From: Tubiluchus corallicola
Taxonomy: Eukaryota > Animalia > Priapulida
DNA length: 64,000 nt
Reading direction: 5' to 3'
NCBI GenBank assembly: GCA_030141605.1
Contig: JAQGDQ010002384.1
Span: 186,001-250,000, forward strand
The stretch's first letter is position 1, and every line of letters begins with the position of its first letter. The notes below the pieces were generated by a model. The model saw only the letters and a list, made by a program, of their open reading frames with translations. It did no database searches and was not told where the DNA came from. The position numbers were made by a program, and so were the translations under genes. Shown here in pieces: positions 25,563-38,300 of the stretch.

Positions 25563-28500
25563 AGTGAGTCGGCAGTATCACAGGTCACGTGACGCAAGTA
25601 AGCAATAGCTACCCTGCATCTTTATTCGAATAGCTCACAGCGCAAAAAAAGCTTCGTGCCAATCTAAAGGCGAACTATTCTGCGTTTCAGCGTTGCACGG
25701 CAATTAAAATCTCCACCGAACTTTCGTGTTGAACTGCAAACGTGAGCATTACATACAAATAAGATCTTGGAAATGTGGTATAACTTTTCCACCTAGACAT
25801 TTCATACTCAACATGCAGCTGGTCTTTTCTTGTCCTTTAAATGATCGGTTGTGTCCGAGTTTCACCACTTTTTGAGGATGCGGTAACTGTAATGTTATTT
25901 CAACATTTTTAACGTGCAGTTAACTTAGGAATTAATTACAGCCTATAAACTGTTAGCTCAGCTCTTTAAAAAACGAGCCCACTTCCTAAATTCCCATTTC
26001 CAGAATGGCTTAATAAAATTACAGGTCAATCGGGTAAACGATAATAATTTTGCACTTTTTTGAAAGCGACTTGCTGCTCCTGTTCTAATAGCATAAACAC
26101 TGCAGCAAATAACAAAAAGTCATATTATGAATGTACATATTATTGCGCTTTTTACTCATAATTGTGGAGCAGCTTTCATCGATTCAATGGCATGCAGCAT
26201 CGTTATTAATATATCCCTGGAACAGGATATGATCACATATTATGAGTCTTCTCTTCCTGGAGGTAACTTAAATTAATGACTTGCGTAACAGTAGTATAGA
26301 TAGACATTTCGCACCACAGAAAAATCGTATAATACTGCGCGCTACAGTCAAGCACGCAATTCTGCATAATTTTACATAATTCCAGACACATTTTAGATAA
26401 ATTCCCACAAAGTTAGTCACATGTATCATGATGTATGTCGTTTGGTAAAACTAAAAACACTTACCGTAAAAAAATTATAACATTTCCGCCAAGAATTTTT
26501 CCCATCCACCATTAGACAGCAATGCCAGCTTACAGCTATGAAGGTAGGGTTACCAAATTAACGTATTTTCAACAAGCATGAAGTTCTAGCAATCTTTGAC
26601 AAAACGTCGCCCTGCGGTCACTTTTAATCAACTGGACCTTATGTCGTATTGTTGTTTTGTTAACTCGCCAGTGAGCATTTCGTCGTCTGCTGATTGCACC
26701 TGTTGCGCTCAGGTGAAGATGCTTAGCTTCCGGCTTCAGCGAATGAATGTTGAAACCTCCTCTGGCTGAATCAACGAAGCTGTAATCAGATACAGCGCCA
26801 CACTGTGGCAAATACTCTAAACATTGTACATGCAGAACCAAGCCGTCTGTGTACACTTCACATTTTCATAGCAAATTTCCTTCAATAAAATAATGCAAAT
26901 GTTATGTGAAATTTAATATGAAAAGTTTGTATGTTTGTGAATGTCCTTATTGGATATTACATTCTCTGATATATTCCGTATAATTAAATAATCGTTTTAT
27001 ACTTTTTTGTTTGCATTTAGACACATTTGTCGTGAAACAGTGTTATTATTTTAACATTATGACTATAATGTTGAGGCTTACTCAGTTTTATTGTAAAAAC
27101 AATGAATCATTTTAATGAGAAATAAAATACTACTACTACTAATAATAAATGCCTAGGCGTTCAATGAGGGTGCCAATAGGAAGGAAAAAATTTACTATTT
27201 GTATAAAAGAGGACGTCTTATGATCAATTCTAATGTGCAATTCAGAGCCAATGCTAATGTATCAGGTTTTTAATTTACAGGCCAATGTTAAAGGAAAACA
27301 GGATAATTCTTCATATATTGCTCCATTTTCAGGTCAGATAAAAAGTATGCATTTTAACAGAGTTAATACTGCGAAAATTGTTTCTGATAACCAAGTAATA
27401 GATTTTAAACTTAATTAACGGCAGACGAGCACAACTATTCATGACATCACAAACTAAAATAATTTTCAACAACAAAATCTTTCCATGAGTACGTTGCACA
27501 GTTTGTTAAAGCGAAAATTGAAGTACAGTGCTACTGTAAGATTTCAGTGTGCTGTACTAAAATTAGGCAAGCTCTAAGATAAAAATTCACATTTCAAATT
27601 CACCTCTGTGCTCACACATAAGCTGTCTAACGTGTGTAGTTTGTCACAAACTAACACATGTAAACTGATAGGTACAGCACCTGTTTTTGTACAATGTATT
27701 TCCGAAATACAGACGCTACTGCCCATCCAACTACGAATGGCAAACAGCAAGGAACTAGTGACGCGAAAGCGAAATTGTGTTTGTGTGGTGGTAATAATTG
27801 TTTCACGTAAGTCACTTTTGAAAAAAAGTATGTTTCCTTTGAATATTTTAAAGAGTAGTTTGTTTTGACCTACAGTTTAAGATTGGGTCCAGTTTTGCTT
27901 TAAGAATTTAGTGCTCAGACATAGCTTTATTTCTCACACTTTTATGTATTATGTACCAGTTTGAAACTTCAACATTTTTCCAAAAATGCAAAAAGTGACA
28001 AATTTAGACAATATACAAGTACAGATTTAATTTATATATTATTTAATTGGTATGTCGGACACATGAAAATCAACATGTTTTTTCAAAATATTCAGCATTA
28101 GTCTTTTTGAGTTTGCCTTCAACTCATATTATTGTCATTTGTCTCTTACTAAAAAATCAGTTACGTTCACTTAAGAACTCAAATTAATTAGAAGCTTCTG
28201 AATAAACTACACGGGTTTCCTCTTTACGAAACATTAGAAAAACCACAAAAGCTTATGATGTTTTCTGGGACCATGATGACGTGGCTTGATTCTGATTATG
28301 TAAGTAATCTGATTATGCTATGACGTATAATATAATATGGCTTGATGTATATAATTCTGATTATGCTATGACATGTATAATATAATAAAGACAGATTTTA
28401 CTATTGCGAGTCAGCAGAGAGATAGCTTGTAAAAGCATCAGTAGAAAGAAATGGAAAGCAAAATACGTTCAAATAAATACAATCAAATTGAAAATATTCG

Positions 28501-29305
28501 TCATTTCTGACAACCAAAAATACGTGTATTATTGTGCTGACATGATAATAAAGATGACTGAGACATCAAATACACCTTGCAAGACTGAAGACAATTTCAG
28601 ACAATATTACATACGCAATAGATTACATAGGTCCCCATATTGATTTGATTACTGAGTGTAATCCGTAATAGGATACCCTGAACCTAGACCTGTGTGTGCA
28701 TTTTCAATGAAATCAAATAACATGTATCCCCTAAAATACAACCACAAACATAAATGCAGGCCATATGAGTGCTTGATAAAGACACATAGAAAACATATGT
28801 GCAACAGTAATACAAAAACTGTGCTTAAATCAAGTCATCTAAACCAAAAATCATTAGTATTCTTCAAGGTTATATACAGATGTAACCAACATTTCACTAG
28901 TGGCACACAGTGTTTTCTAGGAACTTAATTTCTTAGTACAGATCTGTTTAGAAGTTACGAAAATATCCCTAGTCTATTGCTTCAGACTTAAAAGTAATTT
29001 TTTATAATATCAACTTATACAGGAACTATTCTTCAAGAAATGGACTATGACCCCCCTATTGTTTGGAAAGCTTCTCGGATCTTATCCTAAATACTGCACA
29101 TTTCAAGCAATTTGTGAGACAAATTGTGGTCATCCCCAATAACAGAACAGGTTTGAATAAGAGCCTGGCATATGACACTCTGTGCCATCACCTTTGCAGA
29201 AAATGCTAAAATTAAAATTATTTACACAACTATAGCTATATGGAAAAGGGAAGAGTTAAGTGGTGTAGCCACGACTAAGCTTGCATTACAAGTAATGGGT
29301 TTAAA

Positions 29306-32300
29306 TTAGTCGAGAATGACGACTTGATCCGAGCGTCCAAAACCGGGAGTTTTCACGTTCACTCTTCGCCACGGTTTGCGAGCGATCTTTCTCAGTTCGA
29401 TTCCAGTCAACTGTTTACGAACTTTCCTAAAAATAAGAAACAGCTCGAGCATAGGATACAAAACGCGATGAATATACATCTACTGCTTTTAAATTTTAAT
29501 ATTTCTATTGTTTATAACACAAGTATGTCAACGAAATCTGGTAAAAAAATTCCATGTAACAAACCTAGTATTATCAGTAGCATGGAAGTAGACATCATCG
29601 GGAGCCTCAACCCAGTTCAGTAAGTGTCTTTTTCCTGCGCGGTTCATCGAGATTTTATCCCGTCCGTTGAATCCATGTGCACCCATTCCCATCATAGCCT
29701 GCAGTCGCTGGGCACCGTACACGGCACTGGGACGCTGGAGAATTTGCCCAGTCTGAGGACTAGGAGCCAACACAGGACGCTTTGCTGGATGACCTATTAA
29801 AACAAAAAAGCAATGACTGTTATGGGCGATGTGACATTAATTTGCAATATCATGTACCTAATAAGAGGCTTACAGCATCTTTAATATAACTGTCAACACT
29901 GGACAATGGTTTGCAGACAATCACTAAAATAACTTGGGAAATTAAACTTGTAAATGTAAGAAATGTAAAAATGTAAAGCCGAGAATCGAACATTTTATCG
30001 ACTGTGTTCAACTGAATATAATCCAATTCACAATTCAATCCAACTAACAATTACGTTGAGTGTACGTACTCCCCTTTAAACAAGAAAATTCTGTAACAAT
30101 GAGCAACAGTCATTTTCCTCTGTAACCTATTGCATTTTTCATTATGACCGTCACTTGACCCCTGACTAGATCATCATCTAGCATTTCTTTGCTACTTGGT
30201 ACAATGCAATGAAACGTGTCATACAGAAACAAATATATTCAGTTTTCAGCAACATGATGGTCACCTCGTATAAGGTTTCTTTGCCGTCTTTTTCAATTAT
30301 TGATTAAATACAGCGGATTGGTTGGCTATTTTTGTCAAACCTCAACTACATCTTCTCATGGTCCTTAAGAAAAACTGATAAGCGATTGCCAATGTATTGA
30401 CAAGCCAAGAAGGAACATGTAAGTTTTCGACAAGAGGCTGGTTAATAGTTGTACATTGATTTGCAGTTTTCCATCTGTCTTCAGGTCAGTCTTTTATCCT
30501 CTGTCCATTAGTGCTCACTTAACAGAATCTGATAAATGCTTGACAGAGTTTGGACAAAATCGTTGACATGTTCTAGCGCAAAAGCATCCTAAGGAACATC
30601 TCATCGTTCAAGTTTCGGACAATTATTGAAAATGTAGGTTTTACTTTGAAGGCAAAAAATTTATAAGTACTTGGGAACATAAAGCATAAAAACAATTTTT
30701 AATCGATGATAAATGATCTGAACGCTAAATGGAATAAAAAATTACAAAATCTTAACACTAAGTTAATTCAATACGAGCTAATCCCAAACACAACCCTTCA
30801 TTTATCTAATAGTACAGTATTAATGGCAGTGAGGGGTGGGGCACTCATTTTAAGCTGAAATCTTTAATAACAATGTAACTGCTGCTTACGATAATAGAAG
30901 CCGGGAGCTTAAATACAAAATTTTGTAGATTTATTCTATGAGTTAGCAATAAATTTAATACGAGCGCAGTACAGGGCGAACTTGGCAAATAGCCCATTGG
31001 TATAAATATAATCTGTAGAATATAATCGGTATAAATAATTGGCTACTGGATAAGTCTAATCAATGTGATAAACAAAATGGAGAAAAAGTTTCACTGATAT
31101 TTTAAGCTTAAATGTCCTGCCTTTACATCTATGAATAATGATGACAGACACTTGTTTTCGGCAGGAAGTGGCAATCAAAAAACATTACTAGTTGTTTGTA
31201 ATTTAATACGCAAACGTTTTCTAAATAGGAAGGATTTACGGAATTTAATATTTATACATTTTATTGTTACCTGATTTTGTTAAAGTGTTACTTGTGTATG
31301 TATAGTTGGGTTTATGGCATACATCAGGGTTTGATGTTGTTTTATAATATGTTATGTATCAATTTGTACTTATATTTCTTTTTGGCATTTTGTACGTAAT
31401 GACCATGCACTCTGATAAATACACTTTCATTCAATAAATTATTTAAAATATTCAGATGATAATTAGTGTGATAATAATTTGAATTTTTTTCTCTCGACTC
31501 AGTATTTCTTCCTCCATAGAATGGTGTTGGTCCCATGTAAAATTGTGGTTGTGTACGCAAGAGATAGAAAACATGTTTATTTTTAAAAAAACAAAACAAT
31601 TATTTTATCGTCTGTTTATCGTACCAACCTTGCCGTTTTAATTTTACTTTAGTCAAAATGATTAATCAGACAATAAACTTACTTAAAGGACAAAAAACTT
31701 TACTTACATAAAACTAAAAAAATCACCTTGAAATTTTGTATCACCTACATGCTGTCTTATTGCGTACAGAGCTTGTATTAGCAGCATCGCTAGATAAAAC
31801 TTGAAAACTCCCGCGACGACCATCAGGTACAGCCATTTTAATGGCAGGTCATTTAAAATAAGTTGAAAAAATAATCAGAGCATTCGTAGCGCACATTTCA
31901 CTAACTGAACAAAGGTACAAATTGCTGAAACTTGTCAAAAAGATTAAAAATAAGTTTTTTTTGGCGAGTTAGAAGTGCAAACTTGAAGGGTGAGCCAATG
32001 ACATTTTACCAATTGGTGGCGAGAACACTACAATTTTCTTTCCCACTTACATACATTTTTCAACTAAGCATGATGCAAAGTGCTATAACTTTGTGTGGCA
32101 AGTTTTTTGGGATTTAAAACTGCTCGTTATTCCACTTTAATTTCAAGCACCAGACTGATCTACTCAATATCACATTCCAAGAAACTAATCTAAGGAAACT
32201 TACCATCACCACCTGCATGATCAAATGCACGTTTCTTCATGATGGTGGGTGCCAAGTTACCAATACCTGTGCTGCCACCTGTAACCATTTCAGACATTCT

Positions 32301-35300
32301 CTGCAGTGGATCAGTTACAGAACGAGCAGGCCTGGCACTTTTACGCTCTGAAATAAATGTAAGAATTGCAATCACCAATGCAATGCAATGCAGCAAACGT
32401 TAAATGATGCTCCAAGTCATAGGAAAAATCAAGCTGCACTAAGCATCTTGAACTCCCAGTAAGGTTCTTTTACCTTCTTAGATAAGCTACGTTTTGTCTA
32501 GGAATCGAGTGAATTCTACGAAAAACTGGAAAGCTAAATACAGAAATTTACAGTTTACAATGGCCCAGTCCATGAATGAACTTCGACAAATGTAAAGCTT
32601 TTGCTTGCATTTAGTCAAAGTACTTCCTTAAGACTGACTAAGTCAACCACACAAGCAATCTCATCAGCCAAGACAGCTTTCTAGATGGATAAGCTACGCT
32701 CACTATTGAAAACAAAGTTCTTATTTGATGAAACATAATGATGTGAAATTTCCCCTTACTTGTCTAGTATTCGTGTTTCAAAAATTAGAGGTGGCAACAT
32801 CCTTCAAATTAATTGACAAGCTTACGTGATACGCGGTCCTCCCGAGGCATTATCGCAGCGGGCTTGACGGGCGTGTCCCGAGACTCTCTAGTTGCAGTTC
32901 CTCCGGTAAGAACGTCTGGTTTGCCAGTTGATAAATCTATTCCCAAGCGTGCCACAATGTCGTCTGTTCCTGATCGCTTCTTAGCAACCATCTTGCCTAT
33001 AATTACGTAAACACTGTACATGTATTATGGTGCAACTGTGATAGCTTAACAAAATCTACGCAAGCATGTAACATTTCAAAATGGCCAACCAAACCTATAA
33101 GACGAATCAATGACTTGAATTAAAATACTACATTACGGAGAGAAATAAGGCAATTCAAAGAATCAACTAAAGGGTGGGTTGTGCTAACGCATTATCTATT
33201 TTACAGTTGACTTAAACCTGCCACTCTGTACGACAGAGTGGATGCTCGTACAAACACATTATCTGACTTCTGCTCTCATCAAGGATTTGGATGGTTTCTA
33301 GATGAAGCTTACTCATGGAATGACCAGAATAGCAAAAACAGTTGCAGGTATAGTCTGGTTCTGAGGGTGCCCTCATCACTGAGTTCACGTCGGTGTAACT
33401 TAAGCCAGCCACAAAAAAATTGTTTCTGTCTTACCTCATCAACTCAAAAGATGGCAGCAGGAAGGGAAGAAAATTTTTTTTTAAAGCTTTGTGAATGTGA
33501 ATCGTGGAATATCAATTTCATTTGAAATTGAAGTTTGTTTACTTTCCACTGGTTAGTAGTAATGCTTTAAATTTTTTCAATGCACATTTATCACGCTTTG
33601 ATTTTTAGCTTTTTGTTTCACATTACTAAACTGTCGTACAGTATCAATTATCATGTAGTCTCTTTTTTGTATAGTACAAATATATGATCTGATAATCACG
33701 CCTAAGCGGCAGTACTACTCGGGCGTTAATAGCCATTAATATGCTGATTAGGCAGAAAAAATTATACGTTCTAGCCTCCAATACAGTAATCAGCATCATA
33801 CAAAATGGCAACCCTGGAGAGTTTGGCAACCCAAAAAACATGGATGCATCCTCGCTGAAATAATAATTATTGCATTTTACATTTGAAATTAAAAAGAATG
33901 AGTCGGTGAGACTTAATAGGGAAAAGCTGGGAAGAAGAAGATTTGAAATTTAAAAAAATACTATTTTACATGAGTGTGTCAGTATATGAACATACAAAAA
34001 CAATTATAAAATTACCCGGGTGATTAGATGGAAACAGAAGTATTTTTACTGTCGGCCTTAGGCATGAGAATCATAATTATTAATCCCCTCCTACATGCTT
34101 TGCCCACCCTATTGTCACAAAGTTTGTTAGGCCAACATTAACATGTTGTTTTTTAGTTTTTTTATCTGCACCTGCGAGCGTTCAATGTAATAGTAGTATA
34201 CTAGTACTTATAACTGTAGAACAGTAGCAGTGGGAAAGGCAGCAGCAACAATTACTGAGTTCATTGCCTTTTAAATGTCTACTTAAAACAATGTGGGAAT
34301 CAAGAAATGGCTTCACTCTACCAATCTATAATTTATAAACTAATAGAAATGGCTTCACTCTACCAATCTATAATTTATAAACTAATAGACTATTTACTCA
34401 GCAAAATGAAATATTTGTTATGGCTTTCATAACCTTACTTTGAATAAAATGGATGTATCCATATAATCTGCTTAAAATGTATATGAAGTATGACTATCAC
34501 ACATTTTAATTAAACTGTAATTATGTTAACCAACCTAAAGGTTTGTCTTTATCAGCAGCAATCCTAGCTTGGCATTCTGCTTTAATCGCTGCTGCATTGA
34601 TTGGTTCAAAAGGTTTTCGCCCGGCGTGTCGAACTCGCAACATGTCACCACACACTCTCCGAGCAAGACGAGTCAGAGGTGTAGTGTGCAGGCAGAATGC
34701 TGCCCGAGTCTTTACAATGGGACGAGGACTCCCGGAGCGCATCGCGAAGCCATGCATAGCTGCACAGTGACGAACCAGCTGCGTGCGCATCTTAAACTCC
34801 TTTCCACAACCTGCAAATGAACAAATTTGAACGTGCAATCATAAACCAGGACTATGAAACAGCCAAAAGACTAAACATGAAAATGATTTCTTTGTTGATT
34901 CAAGAAGCCAGAAAATCAATAATGTTTTGATGCAAAATAAAAATGTTTCTTTCACAAAAAGTGCGAATGAGAAAAAAAATGAGAAAAACTGTGTTCTTTG
35001 TATTTATTTCCAGTCCTTTAAAACACTAGTTTTCATGAACTTTTTCAAGTATTTCCTAGCAAAAATTTGCTCACATATGCAAAAATACCTCCATAACTGT
35101 AGTTCATTCAGCCTATCAGCACATGTGAAAATAAAGAGAAAACCATTAATAATTATGCTGGAAATTTTGATAGAAGTGAGAGTTCAGTGGACAGGGTTCC
35201 TACAGAATTTTAAAATAAATTTCCATGACCTCCGAAACTTTTACCTGACCAAATATAGATTTTCCATGACGAAGATAAGCAGAAACTGTATTACCAGTAA

Positions 35301-38300
35301 ACGTAATTAAACATTTTTATGTGTGGACATTCATACATATACTGATATATAATGTGTCTGCACAATTGCAGTAGTGCTAACGAAATGACACTAATTACAT
35401 TAAATAAACTTTCTTAATCCAATCATTATTTTTGGCACAGAAATTGAAACTGGGAGCCTGCCATAGCAAAATTTTATTTGAATACGAATCGCTGAAAAAT
35501 ATGTTTGAAAAAATATCGGTCCATGGTGATTATTTTTGCAACGATTTCCAATTTCCCGGACTTTTCACCCCATTTTCATCATTTTCCCTGACTTTTCCAT
35601 GACTTTCCAGGATAGCCTGCATTTTTAAGGATTTTCCCTGACCGTGGGAACCTGAGTGGAGCATGCATGTGACGGAAAAGGAGAGTAAATATTTCTACTG
35701 ACATTCATAAGTTCTTATCAAGGTTGTAGAGTTGTGTTTAATTTGACAAGATATATTCAATGTGAATTTTCTTTTATATTTAAAATAAATCGAGTCCAAA
35801 AAATGTTGCATGATTTTAATAAGTAAAACTGAACTGTTACTGTCACCTTGAATAATTTTCAACTCACCAAGAACACTGCATTTATATGTCTGCATCTGCA
35901 TCTGAGCAGCCTGATTTTCTGCCTGCTCTAATCGGGTTGGCATTTTCAGGCCTCCGTACTTCTTCCAGTATGTCCAGCAGTTGGCACAAACACGACAGTG
36001 CAGGTGCGATGCACCCCAAGCATACCTGGGAAAAAAAACGTAAATAAAAATAGTGAAGTTCAACACAATAATTGCAGAAGAATTTAAAGTCAACAAACTG
36101 ATCATTAGTGCCTTGGAATATTTTATACAATTTGCCACTCAGTACGCCAAGTTCAAGCCACTAGTAACAAGGATTATGTATTTTGACATGCATTTTTGAG
36201 GATAGAAGCTTCTCACAGTATCCTTTAAGATGAGAAATTGAACTGCTCATTTTTATTTATTTATTTTTAGTTATTACGAAAACACCAAACAACAATACAA
36301 TATAGCAAAACACATTACGATGACAAGGTGTACATAAGATTATATAATTACATTAATTTCATAATAAAATTGGCATGACATGATATCATTAATGATGCAG
36401 GTGTTAGGGTGCAAAAAGGGAAGGTAAAAAATGATGGACTGATAGTGTAGGAGATGGGAATTAGTACGATTAGGTTAGTGAAATGATGTGGATTAGTTGA
36501 ATATGAGATTGCTATTAAGACATTGCAAAAATATATATATATATTTATGAACAGAAGTACACTATCGGCCAGTCTGTCACTCACTGTAAATCTGAACATA
36601 CGCGTGAACATACTATACAAGGTCAACCTTTAATTCGCATTAAAGAATAAAGTTTTCAAACTTTTTTTGAATCTTGGTAACGACGAAGTTGAATTAGTAC
36701 TTGCAGGTATTTTGTTCCGCATGGTTATTGTCTCTTTACCACATTTGGAAGCACTTATCTCAAGAAATCTCTGACAGATAAACCCAATTGCCAAAACAGC
36801 TTACCACTGATGTGAAACACTGGTAAAGCAGCTTTCACACGCACGAGAATCGACACCCTCAAATCCATTTCTTTGGCCCTGAATTGCTGCAGGGTTAGGT
36901 TTGTTGTAGTTTGGAATGTACACTTGTTTCAACTTGCTTTCTGCCTCAACGGCTTTTACACGTTTCTGCTGTACATAACGGTCTGTTGTTTTCCACATGT
37001 AGTAGTATCTGAAATAAAAAAATGGATCACATAGAGTATAAAAAAACATAAAATTTTGAATGATCACCCAACGAAAAGATCGACGCTGGTCTCCACCAAC
37101 TATGGCTTCGAACAATAACCTTTATTGAAAAATACTAAGCTAGAAAATTAATGCAGTGTTTGTGTTCTTTTTAAACAACTTTCACTCTTATAATTTCCAA
37201 ACACACTTTTTTATCAAAAAACCATTTTACCATATTTCCAAGAAACACTTAAGCTCTTAAAAGGTTTTTCAGACCTAATATTATATTACTACTCCTTGCA
37301 AAATAAAATTATGGATGTAAAATTGCAATCTAGCACCTGGATGTAAGGTATACCACTAATGTCACACAACTACATAAGGTAAAAGCAAAAAAACTAACCA
37401 GTTCTTCATAATTTTAATGGCTACTCAAGCATCTGTTTATCTTAAGCAACAATTCAATGAACAAACACTTCACAATTAAATAGTACAGCAGGAAATAAAG
37501 TTAAGATTATATACTAAAGAGTGATTGCTCTGAGTTCTAACAATTTCTCATCATTGTTTCATCTGCCATATTGGTGAACTGTTGACAAGTTGGCTTCTGG
37601 TAGTGAAATGTCGCAAATCTTAAATCTATAAACCAAATTTTCAACATTACTGTACATGCGCATACTCTATAATGTTCTTTAAAGATTTCCATGGTAAGAA
37701 GTCTTGTCTAATGTCACCAAAATCTTTTCCGTATTTCTCAATGGCTTCTTCAAAAAGATTTGCTTCGGCAGCCGACCACTCCTCCATTTCATCGCGACAC
37801 AAGACTGGGCCACTTGGTGGCACAAGTGTTGAAATTGCCTTTGAGAGATCGTAACCTATAAAAAATACACTCTAGCAAGACGTTGTTAACCGCAAAAAAA
37901 ATTAAAAGTACATTATTGTATTAATGTACACAAAAGTGCATTAATTATAATAACTGCAAACAGGTTAACTAAACTGTGTAAATAAAATTTAGCTATATTT
38001 TTCTATCTAATAAAAAATACCACTCTATAAATTACAGAAAAGTAACAACATGAGACAGGCTTTCCAACGTTCACTACGTTTCAAACTTCAATTATAGAAA
38101 CCTTGATAAAATCCTCAAAAATCATACTCACTGCTAACACATACTGTGTTTTAAATATAGTAATTTTTAAATAAAAACTGTCATTTCAAAGGCACCTTTA
38201 CACTAACAACCAATAAATTGGTTGGTTACTATTAATTTAAGCAAGCTTAGACAAATTTTTTTAAGTTATATCGGATACAGTATATAGTTGCAGCTAGTAC

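Noticed and set aside
33428-33475. Microexon in MTA intron 8 (pyrimidine tract, ttgatgag|gtaaga)
   Set aside because: Weak GAG acceptor and an 8-nt length that would break the frame.
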